Sequence record: OQ921725.1 | DNA: 64,000 nucleotides | Strand: one strand, 5' to 3' | Shown here: one piece after another, positions 62,736-64,000 of the stretch | Numbering within the stretch: the first letter of the stretch is position 1 | Layout: each line of letters opens with the position of its first letter | Translations under genes and position numbers: made by a program | The notes under the pieces: generated by a model | Database searches by the model: none | Told to the model about the DNA's origin: nothing | Seen by the model: the letters and a program-made list of their open reading frames with translations, nothing else

Positions 62736-63999
62736 GGCCGCCGACCGGCGCCGGGTAGTTGTCGATCCACTTCAGGCCGCCACGGTCCAGGTGCTCCTGG
62801 GCCCGGGTGACCGCCACGTAGTGGATCATGGCCTCGTGCCGGTCGATGACCCCCGGCTCCATCTCCTGCGTGAGCGGGTTCTCGAACGGCTCCGGCTCGA
62901 AGAAGTCGTCGCCGATCTGGACCCTCTTCCACTCCAGACCCTTGATCGAGTGGCACGTGGTGACCGCGACGTCGTGCGGCTCGTTGTACCGGGCCATGCG
63001 GTTGCACGCGGCGATCAGGTCGCTGATTCCGTACACGTTGATCAGCTTCACGATCGCCTTCAGGTGGCCGCCGCCGGGCTCCTTGGTGTACTCGACCAGC
63101 TCGGCCCAGTTGTCGAAGGCGCTCAGCTCCAGGCTCCGCGCCTTCTTGCCCGCCATCAGGTCGCGAGCCGCGTAGGCGATGTCCAGGATCTGCTTGGTGC
63201 CCTTGACCATGGCGACCCGCTTGCCCGCCTTCAGGTAGCTGATCGCGTAGGTCATGGCGCCCGCGTTGGTCCGGGTGAGGACGACGTTCGGGTCCTCCAT
63301 GTCGTCCTCGGTCACCAGGTCGGAGATCGAGGAAAGGCCCTTGATCGTGACACCGGTCTCGGTGTGGGGCAGGTGCTTCATCGCCTCCTCGGCGACGCCG
63401 TCACCGAAGCGGAAGGACTGCGTGAGGTACAGGCGCGGGGCGTCGTACTTCATGATCTGGTCGGAGGCGCCACGCCAGGCGTACAGGGACTGCGCCGGGT
63501 CGCCGATGAGGATGCCCTGGGCGTGCTTCTGGTTCGCCAGGAACTTCATCGTGGCGTCGTTGCTGTCCTGCGCCTCGTCGATGAGGACGATGCCGTAGCC
63601 GTAGTCCTTGCCGCTCTCGGCGACCAGCTTGAAGGCGTGGTTCATCGTGAAGCGGAGCTGCGAGTTCGGCATGATCGACTGCTTCCACAGGGCCCATGCG
63701 AGCCTTGCGATGAAGGAGCGGGCCGCCGCCATGGCCGCCTCGCCGGGACCGGCGATCGGAATGTACACGTCCTTCTCGGTGATCTGGACGTGGTCCGAGT
63801 TGCAGAACCGCTCGATCGTGTCGGAGGCGAGCCGGGCCTGGGTGAACCCGTCGAGGACCAGCTTGTCGCCGAAGTCCTTCGGGGTCAGGTCCAGCTTCTT
63901 GGCGACCTCCTTGGCGGGAACCGCCGGGGCGTCGATCGCCATGCGGTCCTTGTGCGTGTTGGCGTACGCGCGCCAGGCGAGCTGGCTGGTGGTCCGGAC
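62719..63999 (-). CDS. UvrD-like SF1 helicase (5' end outside the window)
   Basis: LIDEAQD, IGDPAQSLYAWRGA, LTQSFRF, TCHSIKGLEW, YVAVTRA; frame open to the window edge. Confidence 0.92.
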   Translation of the reverse strand, partial: VRTTSQLAWRAYANTHKDRMAIDAPAVPAKEVAKKLDLTPKDFGDKLVLDGFTQARLASDTIERFCNSDHVQITEKDVYIPIAGPGEAAMAAARSFIARLAWALWKQSIMPNSQLRFTMNHAFKLVAESGKDYGYGIVLIDEAQDSNDATMKFLANQKHAQGILIGDPAQSLYAWRGASDQIMKYDAPRLYLTQSFRFGDGVAEEAMKHLPHTETGVTIKGLSSISDLVTEDDMEDPNVVLTRTNAGAMTYAISYLKAGKRVAMVKGTKQILDIAYAARDLMAGKKARSLELSAFDNWAELVEYTKEPGGGHLKAIVKLINVYGISDLIAACNRMARYNEPHDVAVTTCHSIKGLEWKRVQIGDDFFEPEPFENPLTQEMEPGVIDRHEAMIHYVAVTRAQEHLDRGGLKWIDNYPAPVGGHALGK

Positions 64000-64000
64000 G

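Noticed and set aside
1-64000. tRNA genes, integrase or attachment sites
   Set aside because: No cloverleaf with a T-loop consensus and no tyrosine or serine recombinase motifs were recognised by eye; tRNAscan and HMM searches would be needed to exclude them

Overview
The whole window is part of a large, high-GC tailed phage genome (siphovirus-type; gene content and base composition suggest an actinobacterial host, possibly Streptomyces-like). No host chromosomal genes, integrase, lysis cassette, rRNA, tRNA or CRISPR array were recognised. Layout: (1) 1-1050, a purine-skewed non-coding repeat region. (2) 1-12 kb, accessory genes: lipoprotein, three DUF4873-like paralogues, ThyX, two methyltransferase-fold proteins, a protealysin-like M4 protease, a PnuC-like protein, a HicB-like protein and a putative small terminase. 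(3) 12.3-21.3 kb, head module: intein-containing terminase, portal, protease/scaffold, decoration protein, major capsid protein and an Ig/PKD protein. (4) 21.4-29.4 kb, a leftward cassette of small genes ending in two winged-HTH paralogues, followed by a non-coding motif-bearing region. (5) 30.2-46.8 kb, neck and tail module with two glycosyltransferases between the connector genes, a probable +1 frameshifted tail chaperone, a 1739-aa tape measure protein, Dit and one large tail-tip protein. (6) 46.8-64 kb, leftward replication and recombination genes: RuvC-like, PolA, primase-helicase, RecT-like, Cas4-like nuclease with intein, a third glycosyltransferase, HAD phosphatase, DEDD exoribonuclease and a partial UvrD-like helicase. 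Most notable: a candidate virion-glycosylation system, a dispersed set of orphan antitoxin-like and RNA-repair genes, two class-3 (WCT) inteins, a phage-borne protealysin-like protease, and a CGCAGGTCA motif shared by the two large non-coding regions. Family assignments come from motif recognition by eye, not database searches.
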